Assembly (NCBI GenBank): GCA_012295275.1
Contig: CM022668.1
Span: forward strand, 12,462,001-12,526,000
Direction: 5' to 3'
From: Chrysomallon squamiferum
Taxonomy: Eukaryota; Animalia; Mollusca
Length of the DNA: 64,000 bases
Of the stretch, positions 26,620 to 38,809 are shown piece after piece (within the stretch, counting starts at the first letter, position 1; the number at the start of each line of letters is the position of its first letter). The position numbers and the translations under genes were made by a program. The notes below the pieces were generated by a model. The model did no database searches. It was given only the letters and a program-made list of their open reading frames with translations, and was not told the origin of the DNA.

Positions 26620-29114
26620 ACACATACACAGATACACATAGAAGCACACAAACAAACAGAAATAGATGTATACACCAACATACTTACATACAGATGAATA
26701 TACCACATGAATATATATATATATATATATATATACATACACACACACAGACAAACACACAGACATACACATCCATAAAATATATATATATGTATCTACA
26801 AATACAATGTACACAAAGACAGTCAGACAAAAGCAGTCAAACACACACACAAACAGAAATCTCACACCAAATCACCAAATCACTTTATAAGAGTTTAATA
26901 TCCACGACAGCACCACCTATCAGGCTTGTGTGAGTAATTACACAGATATTGATTGGGTTGTATATAACTCTGTATCTACCACTCTTTCGTGCTTGGTCAG
27001 TCCAAGCCCAGGGCATTGTGGGTAATCTGTCACCGACTGTCTCGTTAGTGTTGACGTTTGAAGATGCGAGGATAGGATTTACAGGATGTGTTAAACTGAT
27101 GTGAAGGATATTTTTTTTTTTAAGGATGTTTAGAAATTGACGTGAAGGATATCCTTAAGGGATATTTAAAACTGACATGAAGGATTGTTTACAAGGTATG
27201 CAAAGGATCTATTTTATCTGTATGTGAGAGATATTTTAATAGATATTTTGGGAGGTGTTTGAAGAATATTTTATTGGGATATTATAAAGGATATTTCAAG
27301 GGATATGAAGGATATTTCAAATGGTGTTCAAAGGATATTGCAAAGGGATTTTCAGACGATATATATTAAAGGTATTTTAAAATATGCAAATCGATGTCAA
27401 GGATATTTTATGAGAGAATTTGAAGATATTTGAAAAAGATTTTAAAAAGATTTAAAGGATACTTTAATGTTTATTTTAAATACCTAATCTTTTTAAAAAA
27501 TATTTATAAATAAGTATATAATAAGTACTGAAACATTGTTATAGATAGAAAGATACATTAATGGATGGATGGATGGATGGATGGATGGATGGATGAATGG
27601 ATGGAAGTATCAATAAATATATAGAGATAATTATGTTATGGTTGGATAGATATCAGATATTTAGAAATAATAAATGAATAGACAGATTGCAGAAATGGAT
27701 AAATATTTAGACAAATACATGGAGATATATATATATATATATACAAAAATATAAAATTATGTTGGAATCATGATGGACACTTGGATAGGTACATTTATAC
27801 TTTTGTTGATGTATGGATGCACACATACAGACAGACAGACAAACAAATTAATTAAACCAGAAGGATAATAAATGGAAAATATTTAAAAAAAGATTTAACA
27901 AGATTAATGGATGCATGAATGATGAATATGAGCAGATTAAAGATTTGACAAATGTTTATATGATTTGTTTAACTGGAAGACATGGATGGGCTCAGCAAGA
28001 CAGAGAGATGGAGGGACATGAAAAAAACAGATGGATGGTTGCATGGACAATTTGTAATTAGATTTTTTTTTTAATTAAGACTCAATGACTTAATTTGTAT
28101 ATGAGGGATAGTTTTTAGTTAGAGTAATTGTATGAGATGTGAAGGATTATGAGATCAATTCCTTTAAGTTTACTCATTAGGAAATTTCACGTTCCTACCA
28201 GTGCTCCAAATTTATTAATTTTTAATTTTTTAATTTTTGGGTTTTTTTTTGTTATGTAACAGTAACTATCAATATTAAACTGTGGTCAGAATGTTATGTA
28301 GACTGTTTGTTCAAATCATTCCTTTCATTATTTATCCATCCATCTTTCATTCATTAATCATTCATTTGTTCACCCATTTATTCCTTCACTCATCAGCATG
28401 TCATCCTTTCTGTTATCCTTCTGTTATTCATTCATTCATTCATCCAGACATCCTTTATTTGTTTCTTTATCCATCTATCCATCCTTTATTCATCCATTTG
28501 TTCACACATCCTACTCCAGTTCATTCATTCTTCTGTCTGTGTGCATTCATTCACTCCTTGTTCCTGCCTCATTTGTTCAACCATTCTCTCATTCCATTCA
28601 CTGATTCATTCATCCTTCATTTAATCATTCACTTTTTGTTCCATCATTCATTCCTCCATCATTCTTCCATCCTTTCATTCATCCACCTATCATTCATTCA
28701 CCTCCACACACACACACACACACAGACTAAATTATTAACTCTCGACAAAGCACCCCTGACCTAATTCCACCTGAGTCACTACTCGTTTGGTTACCTGTGT
28801 GAACTACCTTTTGTAAGTCACCTGTACGAGTTACCTGTCAACTTCAAACAAATCTAGCGAGAGATTTTTCTTGTGTCTGAGACAGAAACCCCCCACACAG
28901 AGATTTCTTTTTTTTTTTTTTATATGGTCAGCGCTGAAACACAATTGTCCATTCACAATACACCTAACAGCCAGGTGATTTGATTGTTTGTTTATTTAGC
29001 GGTCAGTTTCACCAGGTGAAGGGACTGGACTGGACAGGACAGATGGTCATGATAAATGTTGTAGTAGCCGTCGATTTAAGTGTCCTGGGTTAGGTCTTGA
29101 AGCGAGTATCATTT

Positions 29115-31074
29115 GTTGCCACGGAAACGCTTTACCTGTAGTTTATCATTTCAGGTAAAATCCGGTAATAATTTTTTCGGTATTTTATTGCAGAATGTTT
29201 AGTTTAAATGTTATTTGTGGACCTTTTTACCTGGAAATTACCTTTACAGGTAAATTTGGTAATACATTTTGGTCACATGATAGGAAAAATGTTAAATTTG
29301 TTATTACAGAAATTTTCACTTGTTTAAGTAATTTATTTTATTAATTGTGATTTTTTTATAAACATTATTTGTTTTGAAAAATTTCACCTGTTCAGGTAAA
29401 TATTGAAACAATTGAAGTTTTTTTTATTGTGGAGGTTAGTATAATATTATTTCTTTTTAAGGAAATTTTTACCTGTAAGTTACCTGTTGAGATAAATCTT
29501 GAACTATCTGTGATAACATAAAGCTAAAGTAAATACAATTTACTGTAACAGGTGGAAAGTTAAGGAGAACAGTTTGATGTTAATAAAAAAAAAAAGAGTG
29601 TACACTTTTACCTGTAATTTACATTTTTGAAGTAAAATTTAATGATATTTATAAAAATTTGATATTGAAGAAAATATAATTTGTCATCATGAAAATTTTA
29701 TAATTACTAAAACCTATTTATAGAACTTTTATCTTTTATTATATATACTTGTTGGTAATAATATATTATTTGTTGCCATGGAAGTTTTTACCTGTAATTT
29801 ACCTTTTGAAGTAAAGTTTTTTGTAATTACTGGGAGCTGTATATGGTAAATTAAAATGCACTACACAGGTAATCTTAGTTTAATGTTTAGCTGTTAATTA
29901 ATTTGGTATTGCAACCTTGTAAAGATTTTTCTGATCAATATTTCACTATAATTTAAATTTTAATATATAAATTTTTCAGATTACTATATTTAAAAAAAAG
30001 AATAAAAGATTCAGAAATTTAATTTGTTGTCAAGGAAACCTTTAAAAATAAATTAACATGGATCAAAGGTTGGCTTGGTTAAAAACATGAAAAAGGTAAA
30101 ATTGGTTGCTATTTGTTACTATGGGAATTTTTTACATTATAATTTGTTACCATGGGAACCGTTACTTACAATGCTTTACCTTGGGAATGTTCACTTGTAT
30201 TTATCAGATTCAGAGTTTGTTTACATAAAATAAATCTACACAAAGAAAAGGTCATTCATTACCTTGTTACCATGGCAATGGATTGATGATGATTACATTC
30301 TCTGTCTTTTAAGTAAATTTTACTTGTAGCAGACTTGGAGTGTTAAATTTACTTATAAATCTACAGAACTAATCCAGCTGAAAAGTATGAAACTGTGTTT
30401 TGTTGTCATGGAAACTAGTTAATGAAATGTGTGTGTATGAGTGTATGTGTATGAATATCATACACACACACATGCACACACACACATATACACACATATA
30501 TAAATATACACACACATCTATATATATATACATACATACACACATATATACATACATACATAAATGTATGTGTGTGTGTGTGTATGAGTGTGTCTGTATA
30601 TATGTATATATATATATACAAAACAACACACACACACACACACATATATAAACACATAGGCACATAGAGACACACATAATCATCTAATTTATTACATTCT
30701 CTCCTGATTATAATGTTATATTTTCAGTAATCTATTTACATCCAAACAAACAGACAGACAGAATTACAAAACAAGGGCAGATCCAGTATTTCAAAAAGTG
30801 GGTGATTCTTGCCATTACAACAGATACAATTTTTGAATGTGTAATAAAAAAAAAGTTGATAAAGAAAAAAAATTCTATTGTCAAAAACAGGGCTGCACTG
30901 TCCCCCCCCTTTTAGGATTTTCATTTATCCAGGGGGGAGGTCCTTTTTACCATGGTAACTAGTTAGTGGAAGTGGACCTTTTAATTGTTAAGCAGTTTGA
31001 ATAACAGTTCAGGAAACAACTGTTTAAGTGGTGTCTCATATGGAGAGCTGAATGTACTTCATTTCCATGGCAAC
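29115..31074. promoter_or_regulatory. Cluster of RFX X-box-like motifs
   Basis: About nine GTTRYCATGGNAAC-like 14-mers starting at 29115, 29772, 30026, 30115, 30146, 30266, 30402, 30946 and 31061. Confidence 0.5.
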
Positions 31075-32594
31075 TACTTGTGACAAAATAGCAAACAAAA
31101 TTATACATATTAGATGTGTATGTCATTACTGATATGTTGCATCATATGGAAGTATGGAAGTATAGATGTATGAATGGATGAATTTATGGAGAGTTGTATG
31201 TCTGTATGTGTGTTTGTCTGTCTGTCTGTGTTTTTTTGAATGATTTTATGTCATTATGTGGGAATTTTTTGTATGTGTATGTATGTGAATATAACTGTCC
31301 TGCTTGCATGCAATCATATTAATACTTGTTTGTTTGTGTGTGTGTGTGTATGCGTGTGTGTGTGTGTGTGTGTGTGTGAATGTCTGAATACATATTTAGT
31401 TTCATGGACTGAAGGTTGGTTGTGAAATGAAATCAATACATTGATGTATAAACAAGAAAAAAATATTTAATAATAAACAAAATTAAGTAAAGTCAAAAAC
31501 AAATAATCCAAGTTCAAAGAAAAGAAAAGAAAAACATTTTATATTTTCTTCTTTTTCTTCATTTATCACTCCTTCCTTCTTTTTCTTCTTTTATTTTTTT
31601 CTTCACTTAATCTTGAAAAGTGTCAGAAAAACAAATTTCAATCAGTTCTTAATCCTCTTAATAATCATCTCATAAAAAAATATATTTGTTCTATTCACGA
31701 ATAGCCTGTCAGGTCCATAATCCTTTGCTGAATCATTGACTGGTATTACAGTCCTTTGTTATCAAAAGCTCATTTCTCATCGGTGGAATTACTAGCAAAA
31801 CCAGTGTACAAAGTAAACAAAGTGAACAAGGGATTATGGGATTTGTCGAGACAGGAAGTTGAGTTTTTGGCACTTCAAAATGATGGGGGTTTTGATTAAT
31901 GTCAGTTTGTTTTTAATATATATTAAGTTTGAGGGTTTTTGTTGTTTTTTTTTATCAAAAAGTTTTCTCATATTTCATTTAGTATGATAGGAGTTATAGA
32001 AAAAGTTATGGTGAGCATTTTATAATAGGAAATTAATTATTATTGTTATTATTTTTATTTATTTTAATGTTTTGAATTTTTTAACTTTTTACAGAAATGT
32101 TTAATTATTTAATTTTTTTATTATTAAATAAAATTTTGAAATTATTTTATTGTTTAATGAACTTTTAAGGTATACTTTATTATTTTCTTACTATTTTTTT
32201 AATTGTTGAAAGGTGTCTAAACTATAATCTATGATAATTAATTTATTTTTAAAATATATTTTATTTATTTATTTTTATTTATTTATTTATATATTTATTT
32301 ATTTTAATTTCTATTTAATTTTTATTAATTTTTATTTATTTATTTATTATAAGTTGCTTCTGTAGAGTTTATTTATTTAGTTATTATTATTATTTATTTT
32401 TTAAATTAGTTTATCAAAAATTTTAATACTTTTTATTTTTGATATTTTATGTTTTTATTTCATTCATGACATAAAACATATTATAAATAATATCACTGAT
32501 ATATCATTTTTTAATCATATATATCTTCCTTTCATTTATAAATTAATTTTTTTCTTTTAACCTGCTATTGGCAATTTCTCAAAACTGTTCAGTG

Positions 32595-32634
<40 letters not shown>

Positions 32635-33039
32635 TATTCTTTTTTTTAATTTTCAAACAAAATAAATGCTTTTGCACTAACATTAACCTAACTTTTTTTA
32701 TTACTAATATTTTTTTCCTTTTCTAAATTTAACATTTATGACATCTTTTTTTTTTTTTTCCTGTCATTTTAATAATATTTAATAATGTAACTTATGAAGT
32801 ATTAAAAAAAATAATAATAAAAAAATATATAATTATGTTGTGTTAATTTGGTGTGTGAATATTTGTCCAAAAAAAATGAAGAAGAAAAAAAAGCACTTAC
32901 TAACTTGGTCTTTATTGTCAGGTGGTCTGATTAATGAGTACTAACTCTTCTCTGTCCTTTGTGCTTTAATTAATATTTTTGCTGAAAGGTTTAACAAGTT
33001 TTTTAGATAAAAGTAAATGTGTTTTCTTCATGTCATTAA

Positions 33040-33370
33040 CATAATTTATTCAGAAATTTATTTTCATTAAGTCATAAGCATAATTTATTCTTAAATTTAT
33101 TTTCATTAAGTCATAAGCACAATTAATTCAGGAATTGACTTCCATTTTCATAAAATATACATTAAAGCCATTATAATTATTATTTCAGTAATTTATATTA
33201 ATATAACATTAACATAATAAATAAATGAAGTCTATTCCATTATTTCATTATCATAATTTATTCAAGAATTTACTTTTATTATTTCATTATCATAATTTAT
33301 TCAAGAATTTACTTTCATTATTTCATTATCATAATTTATTCAAGAATTTGCCTTCATTATTATCATAAGT
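33040..33370. repeat. ~38-39-bp AT-rich tandem repeat (cattatcataatttattcaagaatttact)
   Basis: Several tandem copies. Confidence 0.75.
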
Positions 33371-33684
33371 TACATAATTAATGTCAGAATGTCAAGTATA
33401 TTGTTACCATGATTTTTATCATAATCATTTACAACAATTTATTCATAAACTTAATATTTAATTATCATAATCAATATGACATTATAATTCTATCATTTAA
33501 TAAAAAAATAAAACATTTTCGTAAAACTTTTAACATTTAATTAAATGAATGATCCAATTATCATAATTAAATTCATTATTTAATTATCATTTTTTTACAT
33601 GTTTAAAATATTTCTTCATATCATTATCACTTTCTTGTTGAATTTTTTTTTTTTATCACTTGCATGTTATGTAAAATAAACAAT

Positions 33685-36273
33685 TTATTTTGACTTAGGT
33701 GGCGAAGGTGCCAATAGGCGACTTTGACTGGAAAACGGACACCACAAATAGCGAGAAAATGGCATGCCGTTGGCGTAGCTGTTGTTGTAACGATGCCCAC
33801 CACAGCTGTGTTGTCTTAAGGAAATTAACTGTTTATCTGTTATAGAAAACACAAATATTCCATTGTTTGGTTGTAGTCACCTGTTGCTACTTTATGCATG
33901 TTTGCGCAGGATAAATTCATGTGTTGCCGATGCTGTTGCAGAAGTTGATTTTGTTGCGACAAAAAAAACAAAAAAAAAAACGTTGTGACACTTTGAAAGA
34001 TTACCTCTCCCCCCTAAAATTTGTTACGTTTGATTTTTTAAATTTTTTTTTTTTTTTTGTGTTTAGGGGTAACACAATTTTAGGAATGGTTGAAATATTT
34101 TAAAATTTATTTTTAGTGGAAAACTAAAAATATTTGTGTTAAATTGTTGATTTTTGCTGATTTTTTTTTTAAAAAAAAGAAATAATATTTATAAAGAAAA
34201 AGTAACTTTTGAAAGTAAAAAAACGAAATTTTTAAAAGAATAAATAATTTTAAATTTTTGTATGATACAATTTAATATATTCAATCAGTTTTAATCCCCA
34301 GTTTTTATTTTATTTGTATCTTATTGTTTTATTTTATTTTCTAAATTTTATCAATCTTTTAAATATAAAATAATTGACAGTAAACATAGACCAATTTATT
34401 TTTATTTTTATTAATTTTTGTCACAACAAAAACAAAACTCAAAACTTTTGAAGTTATACAACAAACTTTTTTATTTTATTTTTATTTTTTTTTATCTTGT
34501 ATATCATATATTGTGAAATATGTTGTATACAGTTAATAGCTTTTGGATAACATACAACCGCCATTTAAAAAACGTGCCATAAAATATATGGATACTGTCA
34601 GAAGGCATATGGATACTGACAGGATACTAATATATACTGCAAAATTACATGGATATTACCACACTGGATACTAAAAGATTTCACGGATACAAACACTGAC
34701 ATAGGATACCTGAATTTTGCCACAAAGCATATGGATATTAACATGCAAAATTCAAAATATTGCCACATACGGTATGGATACTAGCAGCTAGGATACCAAA
34801 TATTGCCACATACTGTATGGATACCAAAAGCTAGGCTACAAAATATTGCTGCTCAACGTTTTATGGATATTGCCACAAAGCATACAGACATTGCCACCCA
34901 TTGTATGAATATTGACTAGCAAGTCACAAAAAAAAAAAATTAAAAAACAAGTCCAGAAATAGATTCTGGACTTTTCAAAACTGAATATTCTGAATGTCAA
35001 AAACTGCATGAAGGAAAAAAAAAAAACCAGAGTAGAAAATATCATTATTCTTTTGTTGTGAAAAACTCACACCCTAGTCATATTGTGTCTTCTCCACATG
35101 ACTGAAGTAACCAAGCTTGTTGTCTTCTCCGTGTTGAGACTTCACTGACACCAGCTGTGTTTTCTGAAAAGCTCAAACGAGCATCTTATGATGATTTAGT
35201 ATCTTTTACTATAAAGAGAAAAAAAAAAAAAAATAAATAAAGGAAAAGCTGAAGAAATTTTCTGAATGCAAAAAACTGGATTTATACAGCATTTCTGGAA
35301 GGAAGTAAATATATTTTGTGTCACCAGATGTTTTTTTTGAAATAAGAAAATAACCATTTTTTTTTTTTTTATAATCTTGAAATTTCTGAAAGTAAAAATA
35401 TTGAAATTTAATTAAAAGAGGAATTTCCTGAACATAAACTGAAGTTATACAGCAATTCTGGAAGGAAATTAATATACTGTATATAAGAAGATGTTTTTAA
35501 AAAGATGAAAATAGAGACTATGCTGTTGTTATTTTGAAATCATCAAGAAATATAAAGAAAAAAGGTGGAGATTTCAGGATACAGCCTGGATTTACACATC
35601 AAACCAAAATCTAAAGACTTTTTGTTCATCCAAAAACCAATAAGGTTGAGAAGAAAAGCAAAAATAAACCTATTGATTTGACGGTGTCACAACTTACCAT
35701 TCAACAGATGGAAAGATAGTGTGTAGTGCAAAAGTCTACAAAGACCGAGCTGCGTTTTTCTTTTTGTAAAACCTGTTACAGTTAATGTGATTATTTCCAG
35801 GTAGAGTGAATTTATAAATATTTTTGTGAAACATTTGTTACAGGTGAGAGTAAAAAAGAAAGAAAAATTCATTAAATGTGAAGTTATATTGAAATGATCT
35901 ACAAAGACTGAGCCAGGAATGTTTTTACACCAAACTGATTCAATTTCATGCTTGAAAAAAAAAGTCAACATTTGTGTTGTTGACTGAAAAAAGTTAATAA
36001 TATTCTTTTAAAAAAAAAAAAAAGGAAAATAATTTTAAAAATAGAACAAATAACATCAAAACCTGAGTCACCACAATAAAAAAAAAAAAAAAAAATTTTT
36101 TTTTTTTTTTAACAAACTGACTATTCTCCATTACATTTAAAAGTGACAGAATTTCCAAATGACTGCATAACAACGTAATCTATCAGGAAATAATCACAGC
36201 ACAGTCCTTCCTGTCTTCTGACTCACCAGCTCACTGAACTCACTCACTTGTACTCACCTATCCTTTTGGACAT
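33685..36273 (-). other. Candidate nested antisense 3-exon transcript (36273-36258, 35772-35698, 33836-33685); 80-aa spliced ORF or lncRNA
   Basis: Minus-strand donors AG|GTGAGT and ATG|GTAAGT, AG acceptors, all phase 1, joined frame open to TAA. Confidence 0.3.
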
Positions 36274-36339
36274 CACCAGCAAACCACAACACAAAACTGC
36301 ATTCTCTTACTCATCATGTGATAGGATTTCTGAACGCAA

Positions 36340-36430
36340 TCGCCACATCTGTGAACAAGAGTTTGTTGTGACCCGAAATTGATAACTGTTATTTAAAAAT
36401 AGGGTCGGTGACATCGTTGCATATACGGCT
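36340..36430. promoter_or_regulatory. Candidate internal muscle-type promoter (E-box, MEF2 site, CArG-like)
   Basis: CATCTG near 36346, TTAAAAATAG at 36393-36402 (YTAWWWWTAR), GCATATACGG near 36419; CpG-richer island upstream of the MGANQS exon. Confidence 0.3.
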
Positions 36431-36991
36431 GTGGTCACTCCTGTGCAACATCATCACAGTGGGAGTGAATAAGATTACTGTGTGCAATATATAGATGATG
36501 TGACGATTTTAAAAACAGACGAGAAAAGGAAGAAGATTAATTAAGGCTTGTTTACTGTTTTTAAGGTGTGTGTGTCTCTCAGTGATTTATAGGAGTTTAG
36601 GTTTTAAAATTTAAATTTTTAAATTGTTATTATTATTATTTATTATTAATTGGAGTTTTAAATTTTATATATATTTGTTATTATAAATTTTAAATTTTGA
36701 ATTTTTTTTTTCCATTATTATTATTATTATTATTGTAATAATTTAATTTATTTTTAAATTTCAATTAATTTCTTTGACATTTATTTATTTTTACATTTTA
36801 TTGATTTAAATTTATTAAATAATTTTTCAAAAATGAAGAAGGCACACCACTGAAAAAAAAACCCCACCAAGCCAAACATTTATATATATATTTTTATTTT
36901 GTTAATTTTTATAATGGATAGTTTCACCAGCTGTTATTGACATTCATATAAAGTTTCCAATTATTGATCCATATCAATCTTGTGAACAAAA

Positions 36992-37032
<41 letters not shown>

Positions 37033-37132
37033 TGGACCAAAACAAAATTGGATACAAATTCCAGCTGATACTTGTGAAAAAAATAAAGAAGAAGTCTCTG
37101 GATTTTGTGAAAACTATACCAAACAAATTAAG

Positions 37133-37256
37133 ATGGGAGCGAATCAGTCGAATTCGCAGGATTACGGATTTCCAAACTCGTCTTTAGAAAACAATATTAC
37201 GAAAAAACATGAAGCAACTTCTGGAATGATGATCAAGCAAAAAGGTTTTGAACAAG
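37133..37256 (+). CDS. Candidate alternative first coding exon with N-myristoylation motif (MGANQSNSQDYGFPNSSLENNITKKHEATSGMMIKQKGFEQ)
   Basis: aagATGG context, 41 open codons + 1 nt, CpG-rich relative to flanks, donor AAG|GTATGT; phase 1 joins the FN3 exon in frame. Confidence 0.7.
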
Positions 37257-37887
37257 GTATGTGTTACTTGATGTATCTGTTAATCAGGAGTAATTAAAAT
37301 TAAGATTAATTAGTGTAATATTAAGTGTATTTGTTATCAAGGTTTTATAAAAAATAATGATTTAAGATATGATATATATTTCATACCATGATGGAATTAT
37401 GTAACTTAAAATAATAACATTTAAAATATGCAATATATAAAATAATTGATAGCAAGATGGAATTAAAAATTATATTAATTAATTAAGATAGATGATAAAT
37501 AATATATTTCAAACCAATTGAGAATCATATTAATTAGTATATGCAATATAAAATATATTTGATATCAAAATATAATTTAAAACTTATATTAATTAAGAAA
37601 TATAAAAATTGATATATTTCTTATTATGATAATAATTTATGAAAATAAACAATATATTTTTTGTTATTTTAAAAATCATAAATTTTTATTTGTATCAAAA
37701 CAGGTAAAACTTTACATGTTAATTAAATACAAGGTAGATATAACTAACTGTTTTTAATCAGGCTTAATGCAGTTTGAATTTTATAAATTCTTTAAGTAGT
37801 AAATTTAATTATAACTAAGTATTTATGATCAGATATGTATATTTGAAATTATTTATAATAACAACAATGATAACAGAATAATAAAAC

Positions 37888-37925
<38 letters not shown>

Positions 37926-38693
37926 TAATAATAATAATAATAGAAATAGTAGTCACAATAATGATGACAATAATATAAATAATAACAAAAACAACAACAA
38001 TAATATAATATAATAATAATTGGACAAATAAAGTAATTAAAAACAAGACAATTTATAAATTAATTTTCAAAAATATTTTTAAAATGAATACTATTTACAT
38101 TAATACATTATTAATATATTTTTTCTTCTATAAAAAAAAGTATAAATAATATTACAGACACACATTAATATATTGATTTTTGGACACACAAAAAAAAGAT
38201 AACTACAAATATTTATATATTTTAAATTCCGATACAAAATCTTGTTTATTTATATACATATGGTATGTAGTCAGGTATTTCAACAATTTATTATTAACAA
38301 ACAATAGAATTGTATCAGAAATCGTACAGATAGTTTTCTTGTAGGCACAAAAAGGGTGACATTATTTATGAATTCAAAGAATTCATTATTACCAAATAAA
38401 ATCTCTAACGTTTTACAAAAATAATATTAATTTATAAACTATAGATATTTTTTATGTGAGCACTGTTAGAGTTCTTTTGTTTATTCATTTGAAACTAATG
38501 ATTATTGATAAACAAGGAAAACAAAATTATCTGTGTATAAATTCTATCAGTAGTTTTCTTGTAGGCCCTTTTGGGGTTAATTATTATTATTTTTTTTTAA
38601 CTATAATAATAATATCAATAAAATTTAATTTTAGTTCTTATTGCATTTAAAAACTTTTTATGATTAATTAATTAATTTATTTATTTATTTATT

Positions 38694-38777
<84 letters not shown>

Positions 38778-38809
38778 GTGTTTATTTCATTTCATTTTCA
38801 TTTTTTTAG

